Origin: an uncultured Gemmatimonadaceae bacterium
GTDB taxonomy: Bacteria > Gemmatimonadota > Gemmatimonadetes > Gemmatimonadales > Gemmatimonadaceae
Direction of reading: 5' to 3'
Assembly (NCBI GenBank): GCA_963843845.1
Contig: CAWJMB010000002.1
Span: 2,464,001 to 2,528,000, forward strand
DNA length: 64,000 nt
The notes under the pieces: generated by a model
Database searches by the model: none
What the model was told of the DNA's origin: nothing
What the model saw: the letters and a program-made list of their open reading frames with translations, nothing else
Shown here: positions 20,166 through 31,090 of the stretch, piece after piece
Position numbering within the stretch: position 1 is the stretch's first letter
Layout of the letters: each line of letters opens with the position of its first letter
Position numbers and translations under genes: made by a program

Positions 20166-21650
20166 TCACTTCGCCTCGGCGAACGAGGTGTCGTGGCCGC
20201 GCGCGCGCAGCGACTGCACGAGCATGCTCTTCTCGACTGCCTTCACGTACGCCTCGCGCGGCTCGACGAGCTTCGCGTCCACCAGATCGAGGAGCGCGTC
20301 GTTCAGCGTCACCATCCCGATCTTCTTCGACGTCTGCAGGATCGACGCGATCTGGAACGTCTTGCCTTCGCGAATGAGGTTGCTGATGGCGTGCGTCGCG
20401 AGCAGGACCTCGCGCGCCGCGACGCGGCCGCCGCCGATCTTCTTGCAGAGCGTCTGGGAGATGACGCCCTTCAGCGACTCGCTCAGCATGACGCGGATCT
20501 GCGCCTGCCGGTCTGCGGGAAACTGATCGATGATCCGATCGACCGTACCCGCGGCCGTCGTCGTGTGCAGCGTACCGAAGACGAGATGGCCGGTCTCGGC
20601 GGTCTCGATGGCGATCGAGACGGTCTCGAGGTCGCGCAGCTCGCCGACGAGGATCACGTCGGGGTCCTCGCGCAGCGCCGCACGTAAGGCGCTCTTGAAC
20701 GACGACGTGTGCACGCCGACCTGCCGCTGCGTGACGAGGCAGCGCTTGTTCGGGTGCACGAACTCGATCGGATCTTCGATCGTGAGGATGTGATCGCCGC
20801 GCGAGCGGTTCACCAGATCGACGAGCGAGCAGAGCGTCGTCGACTTGCCGGAGCCGGTGGGACCGGTCACGAGGACGAGCCCTTTCGTGAGCGACGCCAG
20901 CCGCTGCACCTCTGCGGAGAGCCCCATCTCCTCGACGCTGACGACCGTCGCCGGAATGACGCGGAACACCCCCGCCGGCCCGCGCCGATCGAGCAGGGCG
21001 TTCGCGCGGAAGCGCGCGACGCCGTCGATCTCGTACGCGAAGTCGGTGTCGCTGCTCGCCGCGAACTCGCTCCGGTTTCGCTCGGGCATGATCGATACGA
21101 GCATCGCCTCGAGCGTCGCCGCGTGCATCGGTGGCTCGTCCAGGCGTTCGAGCTCGCCGGACGCGCGAACGACCGGCGGCTCTCCGACGCGGAGATGCAG
21201 GTCGGAGCCGCCGCGCGCGACGAGCAGCCTGAGGAAGCGGTCCATCTCCTCGCGCGCCCGTTCCGTGCCCCCGCCCACCGACGGCATCGCCGCGCCCGCC
21301 TTCGACCCGGCGAGCACCGTCTCGCGTTCCTCACTCGCCTCAGGCACGGCGGGGTCGGCCGACACGGTGGCGGACCATCGCTCGTCGATCCGCACGACGC
21401 GGACAGCGAACCGTCCCTCGGGCGCGTCGTAGAGGAATTCGGCGCCGTCGTTCGCGTCGAGGCGATGTGCCGCGTGCGGCGGAGCGACTTCTCGCACGAC
21501 GGAGACGAGTTGCGGGCCGGTGAGCGGCGCCCGGGTGAGCGGCCTGCGCTGTGTACCGGCGACGAGCACGGCGACATCGCCCTCGACCAGCTCGACGGCG
21601 TCGGCGCGGTTCGCGATGAGTGAGGCGAGCAGGCGATCGAGCTGCGGCAT
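20166..21650 (-). CDS. pilT: type IV pilus retraction ATPase PilT/PilU family, with an extra N-terminal domain
   Basis: SDLHLRVGEPP, Walker A GPTGSGKST, TIEDPIE, ALREDPDVILVGELRD, AETGHLVFGTLHT, AISNLIRE. Start at ATG 21650. Confidence 0.92.
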   Translation of the reverse strand: MPQLDRLLASLIANRADAVELVEGDVAVLVAGTQRRPLTRAPLTGPQLVSVVREVAPPHAAHRLDANDGAEFLYDAPEGRFAVRVVRIDERWSATVSADPAVPEASEERETVLAGSKAGAAMPSVGGGTERAREEMDRFLRLLVARGGSDLHLRVGEPPVVRASGELERLDEPPMHAATLEAMLVSIMPERNRSEFAASSDTDFAYEIDGVARFRANALLDRRGPAGVFRVIPATVVSVEEMGLSAEVQRLASLTKGLVLVTGPTGSGKSTTLCSLVDLVNRSRGDHILTIEDPIEFVHPNKRCLVTQRQVGVHTSSFKSALRAALREDPDVILVGELRDLETVSIAIETAETGHLVFGTLHTTTAAGTVDRIIDQFPADRQAQIRVMLSESLKGVISQTLCKKIGGGRVAAREVLLATHAISNLIREGKTFQIASILQTSKKIGMVTLNDALLDLVDAKLVEPREAYVKAVEKSMLVQSLRARGHDTSFAEAK

Positions 21651-21743
21651 GGATGGGAGACGAGAGACGCGCGACGGGATCGTGCGCGGCCGAGCGCGGC
21701 GCACCTGCTGCACCACTCGGCCTGCTCCCAGGACGCCCGGCCG

Positions 21744-22661
21744 CTAGCCGCCGTCACCCCGCCGAGCGCGCGTCGCGAGCTCGGCACAGAGGCGTAGTGA
21801 GGCAGCGAAGCTGGACGGGTCGGCGAGCCCCTGCCCAGCGATGTCGAGCGCCGTGCCGTGATCGGGCGAGGTTCGTGGAAACGGCAGGCCGAGCGTGACG
21901 TTCACCCCTCGACCGAACGCGGCGACCTTGATCGCCGTCATCCCGACGTCGTGATAGGGAGCGATGACCGCGTCGAACATGCCGCGCATGGCACGCACGA
22001 ACACGGTATCGGCCGGCAGCGGGCCCACCAACCCGAACGAACGCGCCGCGGGCTCCAGCAACGCCGCGTCCTCGTCGCCGAAACGACCGCCGTCACCGGC
22101 GTGCGGGTTCAGCGCGCAGAGCGCGATGCGCGGTTCCGCGACTGCGAACCACTCACGCAGGTACTGCCGCGTGATGCGGGCCGCGTCACCGATCGCGTCA
22201 CGCGTCAGCGCCGCCGGCACGTCACGCAGCGCGATGTGCGTGGTCGCGAGCACGACACGCAGCGGGTGCGAGGAGCCGGCGATCGCTCCGTCGGTCGACG
22301 TCAGCATCATCGCGGTGCGACGGCCGGTGAGCGCGCCGAGCATCTCGGTGTGTCCGGGATAGTCGAAGCCGCCTGCGTGCAGTGCCGCCTTGTCGATCGG
22401 CGCAGTGACGATGCCGTCGACGTCTCCGGCCTGCGCCAGCGCGACGGCACGCTCGATCGCGAGGCCCGCGAGGCGGCCCGCCGTCGCGACGTCGTACGCC
22501 GCGCTCCACGCACCGACGACGACATCGGGCCGCACGGGCGTTCCGCTCGGTCCGACGATGACGACGTCGGCGAGTTCGTCGGCGAGCGCGCGAGTCGCCG
22601 CGACGAGCTCCGGCCCGATCCCGCGCACGTCGCCGAGCGTGACGGCCAGGCGGGGGCGCAT
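21744..22661 (-). CDS. pdxA: 4-hydroxythreonine-4-phosphate dehydrogenase
   Basis: VTAPIDK, YPGHTEML, LNPHAGDGG, YHDVG, VNVTLGLPFPRTSPDHGTALDIAG. Confidence 0.95.
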   Translation of the reverse strand: MRPRLAVTLGDVRGIGPELVAATRALADELADVVIVGPSGTPVRPDVVVGAWSAAYDVATAGRLAGLAIERAVALAQAGDVDGIVTAPIDKAALHAGGFDYPGHTEMLGALTGRRTAMMLTSTDGAIAGSSHPLRVVLATTHIALRDVPAALTRDAIGDAARITRQYLREWFAVAEPRIALCALNPHAGDGGRFGDEDAALLEPAARSFGLVGPLPADTVFVRAMRGMFDAVIAPYHDVGMTAIKVAAFGRGVNVTLGLPFPRTSPDHGTALDIAGQGLADPSSFAASLRLCAELATRARRGDGG

Positions 22662-22694
22662 GCCTAACGCGAGTGTGACGAGCGAGACGTCAGG

Positions 22695-24068
22695 CTAGAA
22701 TCGGATCGAGACGTACGTCTGCTTCTTCAGCGAATCGATGAAGCGACGAGCCGTCTTCGCTTCGCCGATCTGCTGGCGTAACACCTGACGCGCCTCGGCC
22801 TCGGGGTAATCGCCGGCTGGCGTCGCGGCGGTCACGCGGACCACGACGAACTTCTCGCGTTCGTTGGCCACGTCCGGGATCGGGAACGGCCCGACGAGCG
22901 TGTTCGCGCCGACCGTGCCGATGCCCGCCGCGTACGCGGCGGGGAGCGAGTCGCGCGGCACGTCCGGCAGAATCACGTTCTCGGCCGGGTCGTGGTAGCG
23001 TGCGGTGAGCGAGTCGATGTTCGCGCCGTCGTCGAGCATCTTGCGCACGCTGTCCGCCTGGACCCGCGCGCGAGCGACGTCGACCGAGTCGATCACGGGA
23101 CGGATGAGGATGTGGCGCGCCTTCACTTCGGCGGGCTGCGCGCGATCGACGCGGATGATGTGGAAGCCGTATGCCGTCTCGACGATCGGGCTCACGCGGC
23201 CGACCGGCAGGGCGAAGGCCATCTCCTCGAATGGCCGGAGCATCGCCCCGCGCCGGAACCACCCGAGGTCGCCGCCGAGCTCTTTCGAGCCGGGGTCCAT
23301 CGACTCGCGCTTCGCGATCTGCTCGAAGTCCCCCCCTCGCGCGATCTCGACGAGGAGCGACTCGGCCTTCGCTCGGGCGGCGGCGCGGGCGACCGTCGAG
23401 GGCTTCGGCGCGACCACGATCTGACGGAAGCTGATGCGCGCCTCCCGCTTCGGGAGCGACGCCTTGCTGCGCTCGTAGGCCTCCGTGACCTCCGTCTCGT
23501 TGACCGGCGCCGCGGCCAGCTTTCCGTCACGACGCAGCTTCGTGAACACCTCGCGCTGCATCTCCGACTTGCGCAGCATGTCCATCTGCTGCTTGCGGTA
23601 GTCGTCGGGGGTGCCGAACCCGGCCTTCCGCAGCTCGCTCCGGAACTCGGCCTCGCTGCCGAACTGTTCACGGATCTGCTTCAGGCGCTGATCGATGTTC
23701 CGCTCCAGCTCTTCGTCGCTGACCTCGATCTTCTCCTCTTTCGCCTTCTGGATCAGCAGCTCGGCGTCGACCATCTCGTCGAGGACGGTACGCTCGAGGG
23801 TCGCGAGCGCGGCCGAGTCGGTTGGCAGCTCCTCGCCGCGCGCGCGGCGCATGATGACCTGCTCGCGCAGCTCGCTATAGAGGATCGGCGTCTCGCCGAC
23901 GACCGCGACGACGCGGTCGATCTCGAGCGACTGGGGCTGCGCACGCGACTGCGGCGCGTTCGCCGCCGCGGGTGTCTGCGCCTGCGTGGACGTGGCGCGT
24001 GCGGCGACGGCGAGCACGGCAAGCGCGGCGAGCGTGGCCGCGCGGAGGGCGGAGGAGAAGCGAGGCAT
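22695..24068 (-). CDS. surA: SurA-like periplasmic chaperone / parvulin PPIase
   Basis: Signal peptide; IDRVVAVVGETPILYSEL; SMDPGSKELGGDLGWF; ETAYGFHIIRV. Lies upstream of pdxA as in the conserved surA-pdxA arrangement. Confidence 0.85.
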   Translation of the reverse strand: MPRFSSALRAATLAALAVLAVAARATSTQAQTPAAANAPQSRAQPQSLEIDRVVAVVGETPILYSELREQVIMRRARGEELPTDSAALATLERTVLDEMVDAELLIQKAKEEKIEVSDEELERNIDQRLKQIREQFGSEAEFRSELRKAGFGTPDDYRKQQMDMLRKSEMQREVFTKLRRDGKLAAAPVNETEVTEAYERSKASLPKREARISFRQIVVAPKPSTVARAAARAKAESLLVEIARGGDFEQIAKRESMDPGSKELGGDLGWFRRGAMLRPFEEMAFALPVGRVSPIVETAYGFHIIRVDRAQPAEVKARHILIRPVIDSVDVARARVQADSVRKMLDDGANIDSLTARYHDPAENVILPDVPRDSLPAAYAAGIGTVGANTLVGPFPIPDVANEREKFVVVRVTAATPAGDYPEAEARQVLRQQIGEAKTARRFIDSLKKQTYVSIRF

Positions 24069-24172
24069 AGCGGTAAACTACCCGAGTCGGGCGACCGGGG
24101 TCCGGTCAGCGAACAGGGGCGGACCCGGTCGGGCCCGCCCCTCGAACGTCGCATTCACTTCGGTCGGTCAGC

Positions 24173-25675
24173 TCACGGCGTCTTCGTGCCCGGCGGAACC
24201 GCAGTCGGAGCGCCCGGCGGCGTCGCGCCCGGCTCACCGGGGAGCGGCACGGCCGTCTGCGGCTGGCCAGCGTTTTTCGTCGAGTCGCGGGTGGCGCGGA
24301 CCTGCGCCGCACGCTCGAGCGCGCGGTCGATCGCGGCGTCGTTCACCTGGAAATCGTACTTGGTGCGGAGCGCGCGCTCGATCGGGATCGGCACCTCGAC
24401 GAACTGCGCGCGCTGCTGCACGAGGCGATCGAGGAACTCGTCGATCCGCGTCGAGGCGAGGCGCACACGATCCGACTCCGACTTCGCCGCGAGGGCGAGC
24501 GAGTCCGGGCGAACGCCGAGTCCGGTCCATGCCGACACGACGGCCGCGACGAACGTGCGTCGGAGGTTGGCGAGGTCGGTCGTGTCCATCTGGATCTTGG
24601 CGCTGTCGGCCTGCTTCAGCAGCAACTCGTTGCGCGCCAGCTGCGAGACGAAGGTGCGGACGGTCGTGTCGGGCGCGGCGGCGATCTGAGCGCGCATCTG
24701 CGGCGCGTTCGGCAGCGACGTGACCCACTCGGCGACGCGCGATGCCTTGAGATCGCCAGCGCTGGACGTGGCGACGACCTTGTCGTCGTTCTTGTGTCCG
24801 GCCGGATCCTGCGCGACGGCCTTGGTCCAGAGCGCGGCGTCCGGCTTCACGTCGACCTTGCCGTTCGCCTCGAGGTTCTTCAGGTACGTGCTCTCGTTGA
24901 CGGCGCGGGTGCGCGCCACGACGGCCGGCCCGAAGCTCGACGAGATCTCGGAATAGTTCGGCCGGTAGATGATGTGCCAGCCGAACATCGTCGCCACCGG
25001 CTGCGAGATCTGCCCGGGCTGGAGCGCCACGAGCGTCTTCTCGAACTCGGGGAGCATCACGCCCTTCGGAAACAGCCCGAGGTCGCCGCCGCGCTGCGCC
25101 GAGCCCTGGTCGCCGCTGTTCTTCGATGCGAGGTCGGCGAAGTTCGATGCGGTCGCCTGGGCGCGGAGCGACTGTGCGCGCTTGAGCAGCGAGTCACGAA
25201 CCGGCGCCTCGACGGGGAGCGGTTGTCCCTGCGGCCCGCGCGGGAACGGCAGCAGAATGTGGCGCGCCGAGAGCCACTCGCCCGACGCGTACTTCGCCGC
25301 GTTGTTCGCCGTGTCGGCGCCTGGCGCCTTGCTCAGGATCTGCTCGCCGAGGCGGCGGATGCGCTCCATACCGATGAGCGCCCACAGCGCGTCGTCGATC
25401 TCCTTCGGCTTCGAGAGCGAGTCCCCCTTCGCGGCCGCCTGGCCGAGGAGCTCGTAGTTGACCCAGAGGTTGGCCAGGTTCTTCGCGACCTCGCGCCCCT
25501 GGGGCCCTTGAATCGGAATCTGCCCCGCATTGCCGAGCAGCGAGCCGAGACGCTCGATCGTGAGCTCCTGGGAGCCGGCCTTCGCGACCGTATCGACGTG
25601 GGCCGTCAGCGCGCCGTCGCACGCCGCGAGCCCCACGGCGGCGGCGATGCCGCCAAGAATGATCTGACGTTTCAT
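24173..25675 (-). CDS. parvulin-type PPIase lipoprotein (PrsA/PpiD-like)
   Basis: Lipobox GLAAC; ARHILL, SGDQGSAQRGGDLGLF, TMFGWHII. Start at ATG 25675. Confidence 0.85.
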   Translation of the reverse strand: MKRQIILGGIAAAVGLAACDGALTAHVDTVAKAGSQELTIERLGSLLGNAGQIPIQGPQGREVAKNLANLWVNYELLGQAAAKGDSLSKPKEIDDALWALIGMERIRRLGEQILSKAPGADTANNAAKYASGEWLSARHILLPFPRGPQGQPLPVEAPVRDSLLKRAQSLRAQATASNFADLASKNSGDQGSAQRGGDLGLFPKGVMLPEFEKTLVALQPGQISQPVATMFGWHIIYRPNYSEISSSFGPAVVARTRAVNESTYLKNLEANGKVDVKPDAALWTKAVAQDPAGHKNDDKVVATSSAGDLKASRVAEWVTSLPNAPQMRAQIAAAPDTTVRTFVSQLARNELLLKQADSAKIQMDTTDLANLRRTFVAAVVSAWTGLGVRPDSLALAAKSESDRVRLASTRIDEFLDRLVQQRAQFVEVPIPIERALRTKYDFQVNDAAIDRALERAAQVRATRDSTKNAGQPQTAVPLPGEPGATPPGAPTAVPPGTKTP

Positions 25676-25741
25676 GGACCTGGGACGAACGGATGTTGTG
25701 GGAGAGGCGCGCCGCGAGCGCACCGTGCCGACCCGAGACCT

Positions 25742-28700
25742 TCAGCCGGACACTTGAGGCAGGAGACTTCGTAGCGCGCGGACGAGCCCGCCCAGGATGT
25801 CTGCCCCGCCCTGCCGCGTGAGCTTGAGCGCGAGCGGCTGGGCGCGACGGATGTCGACCTGAAACTGGACCGTGTGAAACGCCCCGCCGAGCGCCTTCAT
25901 ACGCGGCACGGCAGAGTCCCGGAAGCTAATACGGGCTTCCTCGCCACGCACGAGAATCCCTTCAACCCCGAGCGCCCCGCCGAGGATCCGCAGCAGTGCC
26001 GTCGCGATGAAGGCTTCGGCCGGCGGCGGCAGGGGGCCGAACCGATCGCGGACCTCGTCGCGCAGCGCGTCGACGTCTTCGGCCGTGGCGAGCGCGCCCA
26101 GCCGCCGATAGATGTCGAGCTTCGCTTCCTGAGAGACGACGTAGTCGTCCGGGAGATACGCGGCGCGGTCGAGCGAGACGTCGCTCGGGACCAGCTTCGG
26201 CGCGCCGTCGCCCTGCACGAGGCGGCGGACCGTCTCGTCGAGCATCCGCATGTACATGTCGAAGCCGACCGCGTGCACGAAGCCGCTCTGCTCGGGCCCG
26301 AGCAGGTTGCCGGCGCCGCGCAGCTCGAGGTCCTTCATCGCGACGCGGTACCCGGCGCCGAGCTCCGTATGGTGTTCGAGCACCGCGAGCCGGCGCTCGG
26401 CGTCCTCGTCGAGCGAGTCGGGGACGAGGAGGTAGCAATACGCGCGGCGGTGCGACCGGCCGACGCGTCCGCGGAGCTGGTAGAGCTGCGCGAGGCCGAA
26501 GTAGTCGGCCCGGTTCACGAACATCGTGTTCGCGTTCGGCACGTCGAGCCCGGTCTCGACGATCATCGTCGAGACGAGGATGTCGACCTCGCCGCTCGCG
26601 AACTTGTGCATCACGTCTTCGAGGTCGCGCTCGCGCATCTGCCCGTGCCCGACGGCGACGCGGGCGCGCGGCGCCAGCCGGCGGACGTGGTCGGCGATCG
26701 CTTCGATCGTCTCGATGCGGTTGTGCACGAAGAAGACCTGGCCGCCGCGGTCGAGCTCGCGCGCGAAGCCTTCTTCCATGAGCCCGTCGTCCCACGGCTC
26801 GACGAACGTCAGCACCGGCGACCGGTCCCGCGGCGGCGTCTGCATCAGCGTCATGTCGCGCAGCCCGGCGAGCGACTGATGCAGCGTGCGCGGGATCGGC
26901 GTCGCGGTGAGCGTCAGCACGTCGGTCTCGAGCTTCAGCTGCTTCAGCTTCTCCTTGTGCTTGACGCCGAAGCGGTGCTCTTCGTCGACGATGATGAGGC
27001 CGAGGTCGGCGAACGCGACGTCGTTGCTGAGCAGACGATGCGTGCCGATGACGACGTCGATCTTCTTCGCCTTCACGTCGGCGAGCAGCGTCGTCTGCTG
27101 CGTGCCGGTCTGGAAGCGGCTCACGACCTCGACGCGCACCGGGAAGTCCGCGAACCGCTCGCTGAACGTGCGCCCGTGCTGATCGGCGAGGATCGTCGTC
27201 GGCACGAGCACGGCGACCTGGCGCCCGCTCTGCACCGCCTTGAAGGCGGCCCGGACGGCGATCTCGGTCTTGCCATAGCCGACGTCGCCGACGAGGAGGC
27301 GATCCATCGGGCGCGTGCTCTCCATGTCGCCCTTCACGTCGACCGTCGCCTTGCGCTGGTCGGGCGTGTCCTCGAACAGGAACGAGCTCTCCAGCTGGCG
27401 CTGCCAGTCGCCGTCCGGATTGTGCGGCGGGCGCGCCGCGACCTTGCGACGCGCGTAGAGGTCGAGCAGCTCGACGGTCATCTCCTGGATCGCGGCGCGC
27501 GTCTTGTCGCGCTGCTGCTGCCACCGCTTGCCGCCGAGCTTGTGCAGGCGCGGCGGCGCGTCGTCGTTCGTGCCGTCACCGGCGCCGCGGTACCGCTCGA
27601 TGAGGTCGAGGCGATAGAGCGGCACGTTGAGCCGGTCGCCTCCCTCGTATTCGATGACGGCGACTTCGATCGTGTTCGTCGCGACGAACTTCGTCTCGAC
27701 ACCACGGAAGATGCCGACGCCGTGCTCGAGGTGAACGACGTAGTCGCCGGGCTTGAGCGCCGAGCCGACGTCGAGCGCCGTTCCCGCGGCGTAGCGGCGA
27801 CTGCGGCGAATGCGCCGATCGCGCCGGAAGATCTCGTGGTCGGTGAGCACGCGGAGCGGCGTGCCGGTCGCGAGCGGGAGGACGAAGCCGCCGCCCAGCA
27901 CGCCGATGACGAGCGCCGCCGGCGACGGCGACGTGAGGCGCCACCGCTCCTCCGCCTCGCTCAGCAGCTCGTCGAGCCGCTCGGCCTGCCCCTGGTTGTC
28001 GCAGAGGATGATCGTCGGGATGCCGTCGCGAACGAGGCGACGGAGCGCGCGGATGTCGCGGTTGATGCTCTCCGACGGGCGAATCGGGAAGCCGACGTCG
28101 GGCGCGGAGTCGACCTCGCGGATCGTGCCGTAGCTCTCGACAGTCCGCACCGCGTCCTTCGGGGCGACGAACAGCTCCTCGCGCCGTGCGACGTCCTCGC
28201 CGCGCCGACGCGCGAGGTCGAGGTGGTGCTCCGCCTCATCCCAGGTGCGCTGCATCTCGGCGACGACTTCGACGCCTTCGGGAACGAAGAGGACGGTGTC
28301 GGGCGGCCACAACTCCGCGATCGACAGCCGCTCCACGCCCACCGCGCTCTCACTGACGCGGCCGTCGACGGGAAGAATCAGCGCCAGCTCGGCGGCGCGC
28401 GTCGACCGCTGGCTGAACAGATCGAAGTGTCGCAGCTCGATGATCTCGTCGCCCCAGAACTCGAGGCGCACCGGCTCGGCCATGCCGAAGCCGTAGACAT
28501 CGAAGATGCCGCCGCGAACGGAGAACTGCGCGACGTCTTCGACCATCGTCACCCGCTCGAACCCGACCTGCTCCAGGTGCGCGGCGAGAGCTTCGGGGCG
28601 CCGCACGTCGCCCTTGCGGAGCACGAGTCGCAGGCCGGCGAGCGCGCGCGGGAGGCGCGTCCGCTCGAGCACGGCGCGCGGCGTCGTGAGCAGAATCTGC

Positions 28701-29098
28701 ACGCGGCCGAGCCCGAGCCGTTCGAGCGTCTCGACGCGCTCGCCCGCGACTTCCGCGTGGGGCTCGGCTTCGCCGAACGCTTCGCGAGGAGGGTAGAGCG
28801 CGACCGGCGCGGTGAGCAGTGCGGCCTCGGTATCCGCGCCGCCACTTCCCGTTCGCGCCGGAACCTCGACGAGGGCCTCGAGATCCGCGAGCCAGCGCTC
28901 CGCGTCCGGGACGTTGTTCGCGAGGACGACGAACAGCCGCTGCGGGAGGCGACGCGCGAGCGCGGCGAGCAGCACGGCGTCGCTCGACCCGGGAAGGCCG
29001 CCGACCGTCAGGCGCCCCTTCGCGCCGGGCAGTGTGTTCGCGAGGCGTGTGAACGCGGAGAGCGACTCGACCGCGTCGAGCAGCGATGGAAGTGCCAT
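25742..29098 (-). CDS. mfd: transcription-repair coupling factor
   Basis: [71 protein letters not shown]. Confidence 0.98.
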   Translation of the reverse strand: MALPSLLDAVESLSAFTRLANTLPGAKGRLTVGGLPGSSDAVLLAALARRLPQRLFVVLANNVPDAERWLADLEALVEVPARTGSGGADTEAALLTAPVALYPPREAFGEAEPHAEVAGERVETLERLGLGRVQILLTTPRAVLERTRLPRALAGLRLVLRKGDVRRPEALAAHLEQVGFERVTMVEDVAQFSVRGGIFDVYGFGMAEPVRLEFWGDEIIELRHFDLFSQRSTRAAELALILPVDGRVSESAVGVERLSIAELWPPDTVLFVPEGVEVVAEMQRTWDEAEHHLDLARRRGEDVARREELFVAPKDAVRTVESYGTIREVDSAPDVGFPIRPSESINRDIRALRRLVRDGIPTIILCDNQGQAERLDELLSEAEERWRLTSPSPAALVIGVLGGGFVLPLATGTPLRVLTDHEIFRRDRRIRRSRRYAAGTALDVGSALKPGDYVVHLEHGVGIFRGVETKFVATNTIEVAVIEYEGGDRLNVPLYRLDLIERYRGAGDGTNDDAPPRLHKLGGKRWQQQRDKTRAAIQEMTVELLDLYARRKVAARPPHNPDGDWQRQLESSFLFEDTPDQRKATVDVKGDMESTRPMDRLLVGDVGYGKTEIAVRAAFKAVQSGRQVAVLVPTTILADQHGRTFSERFADFPVRVEVVSRFQTGTQQTTLLADVKAKKIDVVIGTHRLLSNDVAFADLGLIIVDEEHRFGVKHKEKLKQLKLETDVLTLTATPIPRTLHQSLAGLRDMTLMQTPPRDRSPVLTFVEPWDDGLMEEGFARELDRGGQVFFVHNRIETIEAIADHVRRLAPRARVAVGHGQMRERDLEDVMHKFASGEVDILVSTMIVETGLDVPNANTMFVNRADYFGLAQLYQLRGRVGRSHRRAYCYLLVPDSLDEDAERRLAVLEHHTELGAGYRVAMKDLELRGAGNLLGPEQSGFVHAVGFDMYMRMLDETVRRLVQGDGAPKLVPSDVSLDRAAYLPDDYVVSQEAKLDIYRRLGALATAEDVDALRDEVRDRFGPLPPPAEAFIATALLRILGGALGVEGILVRGEEARISFRDSAVPRMKALGGAFHTVQFQVDIRRAQPLALKLTRQGGADILGGLVRALRSLLPQVSG

Positions 29099-29110
29099 GC
29101 TGAGAGGCGG

Positions 29111-31001
29111 TCAGGCCGCCACGGCGCCGTCGGCCGCGGCGCCGGCGGACGACGACCGCTGACGCGTCGCGAGCCCTTCGGCGAGCAACGCGGCGAGCGC
29201 CGCGACGAGGAGCGGTCCGCCGATCGGGCGTTCGCCGTCTCCGCCGTACGTCGCGGCGGCCGCGTCGCGCGCGGTGGCCGCGATCTGCACCGCACTTCCT
29301 CCGCCGATGCGGCCGGCGAGCGTGCGGACGTTCATCCGTGCCAACTCCGATTCCTCTGCTTCTACGTTCACGACCAGCGCGCCGATGCGAGCGCCGTTGC
29401 GTAGCCAATAGTACACGCCAGGGCGATCGGGCGCGGGCGTAGCGGCCGAGGATGCCGGCAGGCGGCGTCCGTCGGGCGCGACGAGCGCGTCCGCGCCCTC
29501 GGGCGCATCGAACGCCGCGCCGGGTGCCACGTCGACGACCGTCACCGGTGCGCCGCCGAGTCGTTCGTTCAACGACTCGCCGAGCCAGGGCACGAACGCG
29601 GCGCGCAGAGGGAGGGTCGTCGCCTCCGGCACGAGCGGCGAGGCGACGAGCACGTAGTTCGCTCCCGCGACGACCCATGGCTCGCCGCCCGCCGTCGCGA
29701 GCGTGTCGCTCGACGCGTTACCTCGCGGAACCAGTCGAACGCGACGCGTCGCGACGACACCCGCGCGCGTCGAATCGGGCGTCGCCGCGAAGCGCACCGC
29801 CGACTCCCCCGTGCGCAGCGGGCCGAATCGCCACGGCACGCCCAGCCGCTCCAGCGCGAGGTTCGCGGCGCCGAGTCGCACGGGATCGCTCGGGGCGACG
29901 AGCAGCGCGGGGAGCCGGCGCGCCAGGTCTGCCGAGACGATGTCGACGACCGTCGCGCCGCCGGTCGATGCGGCGCGGACGCGACCAGACTGCACGAGCG
30001 TGGCGAGCCCGCTCGCGACGAACGGGCCCGCGCTCGGGTCGGCCGTCGCCGCGGGCGCATCGCCGACGAAGAGCGCGAAGTGGCGTTCGTCGTCCCCGCG
30101 CAGCTCGTCCGGCTGGATCGCGATGCTCCCCGCGAGCCAGCCGCGGGTCGTGGTCGCGAGGCGCGGCCGTAGCTCGGCGTCGGGCGGCGCGGTGCCGCGG
30201 AGCAGCGTGCGCTCGGCGCCGGTCGTATGCTCGACGATGCGGTACGGAACGGAATCGGGCGCGCGGACGCGTGCGACGAGCGTACCGGCGCCGGCCCAGC
30301 GGCGCGGCGACGGCTCGGCCATGACGACGCCCCGGTTGGCGGGCGGCGTGGAAGGCGGCACGTGGACGACGAGCCGCGTGCGGCCGAGTGCGCCGACCGC
30401 CGGCGGGGTGCGCCAGGACGTCGCCTGGCCGTCGGTGACGACGACGACCGTGGACGCGAGCGCCGCCCCGGCCGACCCGACGACGGCTGCGGCGCGCGCG
30501 ACGGCACGCCCGAGGTCACCGGCGCCGGCGAGCGGTACGACCGTGCGCCAACGCGGCGCGAGCCGCCGTCCGATCGCTACCGACGACGCGACCGTCCGCC
30601 GTCACGAGCCACACCCGGTCGGCGTCGGTCGCGTCGTCGAGGACCTGCTCGGCCGCGGATCGGAGCGACGCGAACAGCGGGCGTCCGTCGACGACGACCG
30701 AGGTGCTGAGCGAGTTGTCGAGCACGATCGCGACGGCCGTCGGCGGATGCCCTGCCCCGCCGATCCGCGCGATCGGCCGAGCCGCCGCGAGCGCCAGGAG
30801 CAGTACGGCGAGCACGCGCAACGCCATGAGCAGCCAGTTCCGCAGTCGCAGTCGGGCACTCTGCTCCTGCTCCGCGCGCAGCAGGTAGCGAACGGCCGGA
30901 AACGCGATGCGCGTTCCGATCCGGCGCCGCATCAGATGGATGAGCAGCGGCACCGCGGCGGCCGCGGCGAGCGCCGCCCAGTAGGGGGCGAGGAGCTCCA
31001 T
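29111..31001 (-). CDS. BatA N-terminal + vWA-domain membrane protein (apparent +1 frameshift near 30545)
   Basis: MELLAPYWAALAAAAAVPLLIHL...FPAVRYL...LLALAAARP, LDNSLST (MIDAS-like). After the frame change it reads TVVPLAGAGDL...VVVVTDGQ and continues into ORF 29111-30361. Confidence 0.8.
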
Positions 31002-31010
31002 CAGCGGAGC

Positions 31011-31086
31011 GGCCGGGGATCGGGATCGGCGAGCGGAGATCGGACATGGCTCCGACGCTACCCGATCGCCGATCCCCGATCTCCCG
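31011..31086. repeat. heptamer-built palindromic element, copy 2 (between DUF58 and BatA genes)
   Basis: GGGGATC GGGATC GGCGAGC GGAGATC GG ... CCCGATC GCCGATC CCCGATC TCCCG. Confidence 0.7.
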
Positions 31087-31090
31087 CGTG

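Noticed and set aside
25874..29404. 1176-aa ORF antisense to mfd, and many similar long shadow ORFs (e.g. 5454-7493, 18015-19682, 44313-46433, 56336-58300, 57256-59436)
   Set aside because: They overlap well-recognised genes, are Arg/Ala/Pro-rich without motifs, and are expected from stop-codon scarcity at this GC content.
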